Source: an uncultured Bacilli bacterium | GTDB lineage: Bacteria; Bacillota_I; Bacilli_A; RF39; UBA660 | Direction of reading: 5' to 3' | Assembly (NCBI GenBank): GCA_947587115.1 | Contig: CANPXY010000001.1 | Coordinates: 1-47,322 of the forward strand | DNA: 47,322 nt | Shown here: positions 19,361 through 27,311 of the stretch, piece by piece | How positions within the stretch are numbered: position 1 is the first letter of the stretch | Layout: the number at the start of each line of letters is the position of its first letter | Position numbers and translations under genes: made by a program | The notes under the pieces: generated by a model | The model's database searches: none | What the model was told of the DNA's origin: nothing | The model's input: only the letters and a program-made list of their open reading frames with translations

Positions 19361-19362
19361 AA

Positions 19363-20223
19363 ATGAAAAAGTTAAAAATTATATTATGTTTATGCTTACT
19401 TATCATTGTCACTGGCTGTACCAAAGACAATATGGAAGATATCGAAATCATTACCACTTCCTACCCCATTGAATACATCACATCAAGGCTTTATGGAGAA
19501 CACGCGTTGATCAATTCCATCTATCCAGATGGCACCGATATTCGCAATTATAAGATTACCAAAAAACAACTGAACGATTTCAGTAAAAAAGGTCTATTCA
19601 TCTATAATGGGCTTGGAGAAGAACGTGAAATTACCATCGAATTACTCGATCGAAACAAAGAATTAAAAATCATCGACAGCACTTCGGTATTGGAGCCTAC
19701 CTACGGCATGGAAGAGTTATGGCTCAATCCTTCACACTTATTGATGATTGCTCAAAACATTCGCAAAGGTCTCAATGAATATATTTCAAGTAACGTCTTG
19801 AAAAAAGAGATCGATGATAACTATGAACAATTAAAAGTTGAACTCTCAGAGTTGGATGCTGAGTTAAAAGTGGCCAGCGAAAACGCAACAAATAAGACGA
19901 TTGTCGTTGCCAACAGCGTTTTAAAATATTTAGAAAAATACGGTTTTGAAGTCATCTCATTAGATGAAAGCGACGAAGTCTTAGAAAAAACCATCAGTAC
20001 TGTGCGTTCGATGATTTCTGATGGATCCATCGATTACATCTTCGTATTAGAATATGACCAAATAAGTGATACAGTCCAAAAAATTCTCGATGATACGGAT
20101 GCTGAAAAACTTACGTTCCGACGCTTAGATAATATCACCGATCAAGAACGCGATAACAAAGATGATTACTTGACCATCATGAAACAAAACATTGAACTAT
20201 TAAGACAAGAAACGTATCAATAA
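19363..20223 (+). CDS. Lipoprotein of the ZnuA/TroA (cluster A-I) solute-binding fold. Metal ligands are apparently missing and there is no adjacent ABC permease or ATPase.
   Basis: Lipobox LIIVTGC. The family pattern IITTSYPIEYI...LFIYNGLGEE is present. The usual dpH-x-ye, H-x-W-l and H-d-a positions read DIRNYK, EELWLN and ANSVLKY. Confidence 0.65.
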   Translation: MKKLKIILCLCLLIIVTGCTKDNMEDIEIITTSYPIEYITSRLYGEHALINSIYPDGTDIRNYKITKKQLNDFSKKGLFIYNGLGEEREITIELLDRNKELKIIDSTSVLEPTYGMEELWLNPSHLLMIAQNIRKGLNEYISSNVLKKEIDDNYEQLKVELSELDAELKVASENATNKTIVVANSVLKYLEKYGFEVISLDESDEVLEKTISTVRSMISDGSIDYIFVLEYDQISDTVQKILDDTDAEKLTFRRLDNITDQERDNKDDYLTIMKQNIELLRQETYQ

Positions 20224-20232
20224 AAGATCCAT

Positions 20233-20934
20233 TTAGGATCTTTTCATTTGTCGTAAAATTTGTTTTTCTTCTGGACTGACACGATTGGACTCAATAATCT
20301 TTTGAATCGTTTTGTTATAAGTAAACCGATCGAGACGATTATTTTTAAGATAATCAAGGGTCAAGTCTCGATCATGAATATAACAGACGCTAACGAGCCA
20401 AGCAACAGCCATCTCAATATAGTACTCTTTTCTTTGAAGACGATCGCACAACGCAAAAATCTTAGGCAAATAGTCGTCTTCCATATAATAGTCTAATAAT
20501 AAAATCAATCCCACGCGCACAACAAAAGGTGCATCATCTTCTAAAAAAGACAAAATCTTAGGCCAATAAAAAGTTTGTTCTCGACGAACAATTTTCATGC
20601 TACCTACAACTAGATCACAAATCGCCCAATTATCGATCTTATAAACAAAATCTTGAAAGTAAGAAAAGGAAAGATTGACATCGGTAATCTTAGCAATCAC
20701 AAATCCTTGTAGCAACACTTCTTCATAGGTTGCATCCTTGGCATAAGCAAGAAAACTCGTAATATCTGTCTGTGCAACCTTGGAAGCAATCGACCGCAAG
20801 ATTGGAGTTCTAATTCCCATCATAGGTAATTTTGTATTGATGATGCGTTCATTAAAACGCCGATAATCTTCATCCTGATAGGACTGCATTTCTCGTATTA
20901 AATCTTTATACTTTTTAGTTGTCCAACGTTCCAC
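20233..20934 (-). CDS. DNA alkylation repair protein (AlkD-like HEAT-repeat family)
   Basis: 233 aa. The N-terminal RRFNERIINTKLPMMGIRTPILRSIA pattern and helical repeats are typical of PF08713 as I remember it. Confidence 0.65.
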   Translation of the reverse strand: MERWTTKKYKDLIREMQSYQDEDYRRFNERIINTKLPMMGIRTPILRSIASKVAQTDITSFLAYAKDATYEEVLLQGFVIAKITDVNLSFSYFQDFVYKIDNWAICDLVVGSMKIVRREQTFYWPKILSFLEDDAPFVVRVGLILLLDYYMEDDYLPKIFALCDRLQRKEYYIEMAVAWLVSVCYIHDRDLTLDYLKNNRLDRFTYNKTIQKIIESNRVSPEEKQILRQMKRS

Positions 20935-21007
20935 AGTCTCACCTCTTCTTTAGTTTAACATAAAATAATCACACAAAAAAGAGGGAGCTCCCTCAATTAT
21001 TTTTTAT

Positions 21008-22312
21008 CTATGGTTCCCAGTGGATGCATGGGTTAGTATCGTCTCCAGTAACTTGCCCAATATCTTCCCAGTGGTTATATGAATGTGTCCTACAGACGCT
21101 TCCTTCAAGCCACCCATCTTCTCCCTGCATGCCAGGATAAAAAGGCCCATAACCACCATGAGGATAAGGGTCGATTTCGAATTTTTCACCATAACTTGTG
21201 AATTCTGAAACGCTACTTTTTCCTTTGATGGTAACAGAAACTAATGGATTATCGCGAAAAGCGAAGTTGCCTAACGCTTCTACATTCTCTGGTATTACAA
21301 CAGAAGTTAATTTATTACTCCAGAATGCCTCGTAATCAATAGTTTTAACTGTTGATGGCAATACAATACTTGTTAATTGATTATGACTAAAAGTAGAATC
21401 GTGTATTGTTGTAACCCCTTCTGGTATTACTACACTTGTTAATTGATTACTATAAAAAGCATACATTCCTATTTCCGTAACTCCTTCAGGTATGATGACA
21501 CTTGTGATTCCAGTGAAAGCAAAACTATCGCGTGGTGGCGTGGTGGTACCTTTAATTGCTTTTACAGGTATCCCACCAATCGTCTCTGGTATCACAACAT
21601 CTGTGATAAATCGTCCTGCCGGACTGTTTTCTACTGTATTGTCCTTTGTTACTTCTTCATATCCTTCTCTAAAAGTTGGTCCACATAAATATTTCGTAAT
21701 TGCCCCTTTTCCATCAAACTCAAAACATTCTTCTGGTGTTGGTGCATGTTCTACTACTTGCTCTGCTTCTACTCGGATCTTTCCTCGAAACGTCTTCCCT
21801 GCTGCCATAGTACTCGTCGCATCTTGATCAACCCACATTCTTAAGTCATAACTAAATGTTTCTCCACCTTTGATTACTCCGGTATCTAGTACTCGGTCGT
21901 GATCTTCTTCTGTGACATATGATAACAACGTTCGGATTAAAGTAGTATCATCCTTTTTTAAATCAAACTTGATCGCATCATCTGGTAACTGTGTTTCTCC
22001 TTCTTCTAAACTTACATTATCTAGGTAGATGGTATATTTACTAGCAGTTGTCCCGCCCTTGATCAGTTTAAATGTGTAAGGATCTTCCTCTAAACCTACG
22101 GCATCTAATACGGGCAAAACACCATCGCCATTGATCGCTACTCCGTTTGTGTCATCAAGCTCCAAGCTTAAATCTCCTACTTTTAAGACATTGGTTTTAG
22201 TACCATCTAAAGTTAATTGTAACCATGCATAACTCGCGCTTAACAACAAAATTGTACCTAATATAATGGGCAATCCAAAACCAAAAAGTTGTTTCTTCTG
22301 TTCTTTCGTCAT
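21008..22312 (-). CDS. BspA-type leucine-rich-repeat surface protein with an N-terminal membrane anchor and signal
   Basis: MTKEQKKQLFGFGLPIILGTILLLSASYAWLQLTLDGTKTNVLKVGDLSLELDD. It has 5-6 LRR_5-like repeats (IPEGVTEIGMYAFYSNQLTSVVIPEGVTTIHDSTFSHNQLTSIVLPSTVKTIDYEAFWSNKLTSVVIPENVEALGNFAF). A GGAGG SD is present. Confidence 0.9.
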   Translation of the reverse strand: MTKEQKKQLFGFGLPIILGTILLLSASYAWLQLTLDGTKTNVLKVGDLSLELDDTNGVAINGDGVLPVLDAVGLEEDPYTFKLIKGGTTASKYTIYLDNVSLEEGETQLPDDAIKFDLKKDDTTLIRTLLSYVTEEDHDRVLDTGVIKGGETFSYDLRMWVDQDATSTMAAGKTFRGKIRVEAEQVVEHAPTPEECFEFDGKGAITKYLCGPTFREGYEEVTKDNTVENSPAGRFITDVVIPETIGGIPVKAIKGTTTPPRDSFAFTGITSVIIPEGVTEIGMYAFYSNQLTSVVIPEGVTTIHDSTFSHNQLTSIVLPSTVKTIDYEAFWSNKLTSVVIPENVEALGNFAFRDNPLVSVTIKGKSSVSEFTSYGEKFEIDPYPHGGYGPFYPGMQGEDGWLEGSVCRTHSYNHWEDIGQVTGDDTNPCIHWEP

Positions 22313-22339
22313 ATTCTTCCTCCTTTATTTTCTACTTTC

Positions 22340-22371
22340 ATTATAATTCACACCCCCCCCCCGTCTGTCAA
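22340..22371 (-). promoter_or_regulatory. Sigma-A-type promoter with a homopolymer in the spacer: TTGACA-gac-G10-tgtgaat-TATAAT (20-nt spacer)
   Basis: On the minus strand, -35 is + 22366..22371 and -10 is + 22340..22345. It lies 27 nt upstream of ATG 22312. Confidence 0.6.
22353..22362 (-). repeat. Homopolymer G10 (C10 on the + strand) inside the promoter spacer
   Basis: Counted directly: ca-cccccccccc-gtctgtcaa. Confidence 0.95.
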
Positions 22372-22402
22372 CGGGTGGATGGGTGTGATATGTAAATTTG
22401 TG

Positions 22403-22427
22403 TAAAAAAAAACTAGATTACCTAGTT
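22403..22427 (-). terminator. Rho-independent terminator downstream of tRNA-Glu
   Basis: Minus strand: aactag-gtaat-ctagtt followed by T9. Confidence 0.7.
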
Positions 22428-22437
22428 AAATTCTATA

Positions 22438-22514
22438 TGGTGACCTGTATGGGGTTTGAACCCATGAATACCACCTTGAGAGGGTGGCGTGTTGAACCAC
22501 TTCACCAACAGGCC
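22438..22514 (-). tRNA. tRNA-Glu (anticodon CUC), CCA encoded
   Basis: Minus strand reads GGCCTGTTGGTGAAGTGGTTCAACACGCCACCCTCTCAAGGTGGTATTCATGGGTTCAAACCCCATACAGGTCACCA. It folds by hand into a cloverleaf: acceptor GGCCTGT/ACAGGTC, anticodon stem CCACC/GGTGG with loop CUCUCAA, and T arm ATGGG-TTCAAAC-CCCAT. It closely resembles Bacillus tRNA-Glu. Confidence 0.9.
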
Positions 22515-22673
22515 AAGAGAAAGTCATTACACATGACTTTTTCAGTTTATCATACTTTTTTTTGTTTGACAATACTAGCTTTTAAAAAACGTTTCTTGTA
22601 TTCGATTCGCATGCGCTCCGATACATAGTAAAGATTTAGCGTGTGAATCCAAAGCAACTTTAACGAAATAATA

Positions 22674-23666
22674 TCAATAGACCCCATCTAATATATCCAT
22701 AAATGCTTGATAGCGATATAGATAAGCATACTTAGAAAGCAAACGCACTTCTTCACACAGTGGAGCATGAATTCGTCGTTCCACCTTTTGAAAGATTTCG
22801 TCCATATCGATTTTTTGACGAAGAACAGAATTACAATAATCGTATACTTCATCATCTTCGATCAAAGCTTCCAAAGTGTCCTTCCATAAAGACTCAAATC
22901 CGCCCTCGCTAGAAGAGACCCACTTGCCAATGCGCGGTTGGGCGATCGAAGTAGAAAGTTTTAGATTTTGATAATCTCCTAGCAACAAACGTACCGTTGT
23001 AATATCATTATCTAAAAGTAAAGCAGCTTCACTATCATAATTGGGACTAAGTTCCCAATGATGAGAGCTCTCGATAAAAGAGAAATTTTCAACATGCTTA
23101 TCGGTTTCCAACATCAACAGCGAAAAAGCCAACCGCTTCTTATATTCCACGAGCAAGCGCTCTACCTCTTCTTTAGAAATTCCTTGTTGCGTAAAATATA
23201 ACTTTAACTTTTGAATCGTATAATCATAGTCTGTGGCATCGGCAAAGTTTCCTTGATCTTCATCACCGATCATCGAACGCAAAGAGTGAAGATGCTCTAG
23301 AGGCGGATCGATCATCGCGACCGACAAGACACCATGCGTCAGTTTTCCTTGTTGGTCAAGAAGCTGAACAAGATCATAATGGGCCATCGAAACTCCCAAA
23401 GATTTCCCTATTTCTTCGACGATGAGTTCCGAATAAATTCCATAGTTTGCTTCCGTATCCAACTGAATCTCGCCCTTTATAAGAACGAGATCATCTCCAA
23501 AACGAACCCAGTTTTTAATACGATTTTGATTGCCCATCGGCTCTTTGGAGCGATCAGTTAAAACAAGATCGGTCAAAGAAAGATCTAAAAACCCTTCTTG
23601 GGTACGAAACGTCTCTAAGTCTTTCAACGTATATTTACATTTTTCAAAACATTCTTCTTTTACCAT
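22674..23666 (-). CDS. HipA-like kinase-domain protein (HipA_C type)
   Basis: ETDKHVENFSF...WELSPNYDSE matches the HipA catalytic loop (D-x-H-x-x-N) and the Mg-binding (a)PaYD motif. At 330 aa it is about the size of HipT-type short HipA proteins. Confidence 0.6.
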   Translation of the reverse strand: MVKEECFEKCKYTLKDLETFRTQEGFLDLSLTDLVLTDRSKEPMGNQNRIKNWVRFGDDLVLIKGEIQLDTEANYGIYSELIVEEIGKSLGVSMAHYDLVQLLDQQGKLTHGVLSVAMIDPPLEHLHSLRSMIGDEDQGNFADATDYDYTIQKLKLYFTQQGISKEEVERLLVEYKKRLAFSLLMLETDKHVENFSFIESSHHWELSPNYDSEAALLLDNDITTVRLLLGDYQNLKLSTSIAQPRIGKWVSSSEGGFESLWKDTLEALIEDDEVYDYCNSVLRQKIDMDEIFQKVERRIHAPLCEEVRLLSKYAYLYRYQAFMDILDGVY

Positions 23667-23695
23667 ACTTTTACTACTTCCTGAAAGAAGGTTTT

Positions 23696-24748
23696 CTAAT
23701 ACGAATCGGAATCAAAGAAATCATCATCTTCTTCTACTTCCTCTCGCCTTCTTTTCTCCTCTTCTTCGTAACGGCGCATATGCTCTTCACGATCTTGGTA
23801 ATGTTCTTTGATACTTTCATATTTATTTTCTAAATCATCTAAAATTTGAACATAAGTATCGTTAGGATTATGGGAATAAAAGTTTAACAATAAATTGCTG
23901 TAATATGGATAATGTTCCACCACCTGTAACCGCAAACGATTAACGTCTTCTTTAGGATCATAGGCTGCTCCAACAAAATCGAGCATTTCTCGAAATAACT
24001 GCGCAAATTTTACCTCTTCTTGCTGATAAAGATCCTCATACGTCTCTCCCTCTTTGAGATCAAAGTCGCGGTAGTAATTGGCGTATTCCTTGTAATCATC
24101 ACCTTCACAAGTCAACTCATTATATAAATCATCCAAAAACATAATTGCTTCAACATCATTTACTAAAACACTATCTTCTTCTATGTCAAAAGATACAAGA
24201 TGACAAGATATGGCGCTTTGCGCATCGTATAAAGATGCACTATAAATGTTATAGTAACGAGCAACCAGTGGCAAAAGACTATCAAAATCAGCATCTTTTG
24301 GATAAGGTTTCTTTTTATAGTCCAACATTTCCATAAAGAGTTTTCGTAATTTTTCTATTCGTTCTTCGATTAAAGTAAAGTAATCTTTCTCCTTTAATTC
24401 TTTTTGAACACTTTGATATTGCTTCAATTCATAGATCAACGAATTATACTGACGAAAGAGGGCCTCCAACTTTTGCTCTTTTGTATCACAGAAGAAATCG
24501 TTCGCACAATCCCAAAGCGTAAGATTTCGCATCAGATAGATCATCTCTCGAAATTGACCAAATTCGCTTTTAAATGTATATTCGATGGTATAAAGAATAT
24601 CCTCATCTTCCTTAGGAAAGTCAATTTTTTTGAGTTTCATAAGTGCCTTTGCTAAATCGATAGAACGCTGTACTAGTTCCTGATAAATATCTTCATATGC
24701 TTCTTGATCTAATTCCTTTTGAAAGTCTTTCATTTTGATATACTTCAT
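23696..24748 (-). CDS. Hypothetical helical protein with internal repeats and a poly-acidic C-terminal tail
   Basis: The ATG at 24748 is preceded by AAGAGGAA. Repeats: KLFMEMLDYKKKPYPKDADFDSL and QLFREMLDFVGAAYDPKEDVNRL (plus QFREMIYLMRN). The tail is EEEEKRRREEVEEDDDFFDSDSY. No family recognised. Confidence 0.6.
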   Translation of the reverse strand: MKYIKMKDFQKELDQEAYEDIYQELVQRSIDLAKALMKLKKIDFPKEDEDILYTIEYTFKSEFGQFREMIYLMRNLTLWDCANDFFCDTKEQKLEALFRQYNSLIYELKQYQSVQKELKEKDYFTLIEERIEKLRKLFMEMLDYKKKPYPKDADFDSLLPLVARYYNIYSASLYDAQSAISCHLVSFDIEEDSVLVNDVEAIMFLDDLYNELTCEGDDYKEYANYYRDFDLKEGETYEDLYQQEEVKFAQLFREMLDFVGAAYDPKEDVNRLRLQVVEHYPYYSNLLLNFYSHNPNDTYVQILDDLENKYESIKEHYQDREEHMRRYEEEEKRRREEVEEDDDFFDSDSY

Positions 24749-24864
24749 TTTATTCCTCTTTTCTCTATTAGAATATCTCATAGTTTTCTAAAATTACGCG
24801 ACTTCTTCACTTGTATTATCAAACGTCGTACCTTCTTTTATTCATTCATCATTCAATTCAATAA

Positions 24865-26319
24865 TTACGCTTGGGTTGCTTTGGCTTCTTCTCTTTTTTT
24901 ACGCACTTCGACCGCTTTTAAGGCCTCTTCAATATCATTAAAGTAGATGGTCTCATCCTTAAGTTTTTCATACGTCTCATTCCCTTTACCTAAGATCAAA
25001 ACCATATCTTTTTCTAACGCAAGATCGATGGCTCTTTGAATCGCTTCGTGTCGATCGACAACGATCTCATAATTATCGTGAGTATCTTTAATTGTACTTA
25101 CCAACATATCGATGATATCTTTAGGATCCTCACTGCGTGGATCTTCATAAGTAAAGATCGCATAGCTTGCATTATTGACTACGGTCTCCCCCATGATAGG
25201 ACGTTTTAAATAATCCCGCTCTCCAGCAGAACCGATGACCACGATCGACCGATGAATATCTAAAGTATGCACAAAATTTAATAATTTTTGAATTCCATTG
25301 GGCGTATGCGCATAGTCCACCATGACGTAATATGGAGTCTTCGTATCCAAGAGTTCGAGTCGACCACTGATTTTGACGTCAGCAAGTCGAGGAAGCATCT
25401 GTTCGATCGAATGCCCCATACTAATTCCAATTAAAAGCGCTGCCGCTAAATTATAGACATTGAAATCACCTAAAAGAGGACTGTCAAAAGAAAAATCATT
25501 CCCTTGATATCGATAAGTAATTTCTGTTTTATGTGGCAAAACATGAAAATCGACGATCTGTAAATCATTTTCTTCTCCCTTGCCATAAGTTAAAATTTTT
25601 CCATTACAAGCATCCCGAACTACTTCGAAAAATTCATCATCGCGATTGAGGATACAGAAGCCATCCTTTTTAGTCTGACGAAACAATTGACATTTACAGT
25701 CGATATAATTTTCAAAAGACCCATGAATGTTGAGATGCTCTTTCGTAATGTTGGTAATTGCCGAAACATCATAAGAAATTTGTTGAAGACGGCCTCTAAA
25801 AAATGCTTCGCTAGAAGCTTCCATGACCGTACAATTACAGCCGGCTTGCACAAATTCATCGAGATAACCATAGAGTTTATCTGCATCCGGTGTCGTATTG
25901 TTGGTATCCCGATCAAAAGCAGCACAACGTCTGCCGTTGGTACCAATATAGCCACACGCATCAAAACCAAGCAAATACTGACTGATCGTCGCCACACTCG
26001 TCTTGCCATCCGTTCCTGTAACACCGATCATCTTCATTTTCTTTTCTGGATGATCGTAAAATCTAGCACACAATTTCGGAAGTTCCTGATTGGTATCTTC
26101 TACTTCGATTACAGGAACAGGAGCCGTAATCCCTTTTCTGCTGACGACTAGAGCACTGGCACCTCTCTTGAGTGCATCAGGTATAAAATCATGGCGATCC
26201 GCCGTTACACCTTTCGTACAAATAAACAAATCACCCGGCTCTACTTCCTTAGAATTAATCTTGATCGCTTTAATTTCTACATCGCTTGTAACATCATAGA
26301 GTGCACTTAATTTTTTCAT
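24865..26319 (-). CDS. murE: UDP-N-acetylmuramoyl-L-alanyl-D-glutamate--(meso-DAP or L-Lys) ligase
   Basis: Mur ligase P-loop GVTGTDGKTS, central and C-terminal domains, and EDPRSEDP at the DNPR position. The retained Arg hints at a DAP type but does not prove it. Confidence 0.9.
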   Translation of the reverse strand: MKKLSALYDVTSDVEIKAIKINSKEVEPGDLFICTKGVTADRHDFIPDALKRGASALVVSRKGITAPVPVIEVEDTNQELPKLCARFYDHPEKKMKMIGVTGTDGKTSVATISQYLLGFDACGYIGTNGRRCAAFDRDTNNTTPDADKLYGYLDEFVQAGCNCTVMEASSEAFFRGRLQQISYDVSAITNITKEHLNIHGSFENYIDCKCQLFRQTKKDGFCILNRDDEFFEVVRDACNGKILTYGKGEENDLQIVDFHVLPHKTEITYRYQGNDFSFDSPLLGDFNVYNLAAALLIGISMGHSIEQMLPRLADVKISGRLELLDTKTPYYVMVDYAHTPNGIQKLLNFVHTLDIHRSIVVIGSAGERDYLKRPIMGETVVNNASYAIFTYEDPRSEDPKDIIDMLVSTIKDTHDNYEIVVDRHEAIQRAIDLALEKDMVLILGKGNETYEKLKDETIYFNDIEEALKAVEVRKKREEAKATQA

Positions 26320-26382
26320 TTAATCCCCGCCTAACTATATTTTTATTATACCGTATATTTCTGTAAAATCCTAGTAAATTGA

Positions 26383-26411
26383 TTGAAATAGACATTTGTT
26401 TACGATACAAT
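26383..26411 (+). promoter_or_regulatory. Sigma-A-like promoter for the arginase gene
   Basis: TTGAAA-17 nt-TACAAT, 18 nt upstream of ATG 26430. Confidence 0.45.
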
Positions 26412-26429
26412 AAAAACAAGGTGAAACAT

Positions 26430-27311
26430 ATGAAAGTAACATTAATCAAAGCTAGTTGTGATCTAGGAACGCATGTCGATGGAGCAAGATTTGGCCCAGA
26501 TCAACTGCTTGAAAAATTAAATTTACCATTTGAAATAGAAGGGGTCGATTGTCCAGAGGTTCAAAAAAGTCACAATCCAATGGACCTTCATAAAAACGAA
26601 CAGGCGATCAACGAATTCAATCAAGAACTCTATACCAAAGTGTCAAAGGTCATTCAAAAGAAACATTTTCCAATCACCATTGGTGGCGATCACTCGATTG
26701 CCATTGCCAGTGCCCTTGCGAGTGGAAAAACGCATTCCAAGATGGGAATTCTTTGGTTCGATTCTCATGCCGACTATAATACATTTGAGACGACCATCAC
26801 GGGCAATATTCACGGATTACCTCTCGCTACGATCAACGGACTCAATCGTGAACTATCCAAATTTCATCATGGACCTTACTACGATCCAAAACATACGGTC
26901 ATCGTGGGCTATCGGGCACAAGAAGCAAATCAACAAGAGGAACTACAAAATGTTCAAAAGATGGGCGTAACGGTTTTTACTACAGAAACCATTAAACAGC
27001 TCGGAATGAAAAAAGTCATGGAACAGGCGCTTGAAATTGTGGGCACTAATACCGACGGCATCCATATCAGTTATGATCTAGATGCCTTAGATCCTACGGT
27101 AGCTCCCGGCGTATCCATTCCGGAGCCAAATGGACTTACTTTGGAAGAAGGCATTCAATTTATCGATGCCTTAACCCCTTATCAAGAGCAAATTACTTCG
27201 TTCGATCTTGTCGAGTTGAATCCCCTTTTCGATCATGAAGACCAAACCATCCTCGTGGCCGAAAAAATCCTCAAACGTTTTTTAAAGAATAAAGAAATTA
27301 GTGATCACTAA
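26430..27311 (+). CDS. rocF: Arginase (ureohydrolase family)
   Basis: GGDHSIAI, WFDSHADYNT, GNIHGLPLA and SYDLDALDP motifs. It is collinear with B. subtilis RocF as recalled. The ATG at 26430 follows a GGTGA SD. Confidence 0.85.
   Translation: MKVTLIKASCDLGTHVDGARFGPDQLLEKLNLPFEIEGVDCPEVQKSHNPMDLHKNEQAINEFNQELYTKVSKVIQKKHFPITIGGDHSIAIASALASGKTHSKMGILWFDSHADYNTFETTITGNIHGLPLATINGLNRELSKFHHGPYYDPKHTVIVGYRAQEANQQEELQNVQKMGVTVFTTETIKQLGMKKVMEQALEIVGTNTDGIHISYDLDALDPTVAPGVSIPEPNGLTLEEGIQFIDALTPYQEQITSFDLVELNPLFDHEDQTILVAEKILKRFLKNKEISDH

Noticed and set aside
22398-22628. 76-aa + strand ORF
   Set aside because: It overlaps the tRNA-Glu gene and its terminator on the opposite strand. It has no RBS and is an artefact.
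22515-22673. Hairpin aaagtcat-tacac-atgacttt and a TTGACA on the + strand between the HipA-like gene and the tRNA
   Set aside because: The hairpin lacks a convincing T run on the relevant (minus) strand. The + strand TTGACA has no matching -10 and no downstream gene. I could not define the tRNA promoter.
24865-26319. Assigning MurE amino-acid specificity (DAP or Lys) from the EDPR motif
   Set aside because: The motif is intermediate (DNPR is the DAP type). One retained Arg is not enough to make a call without an alignment or biochemistry.
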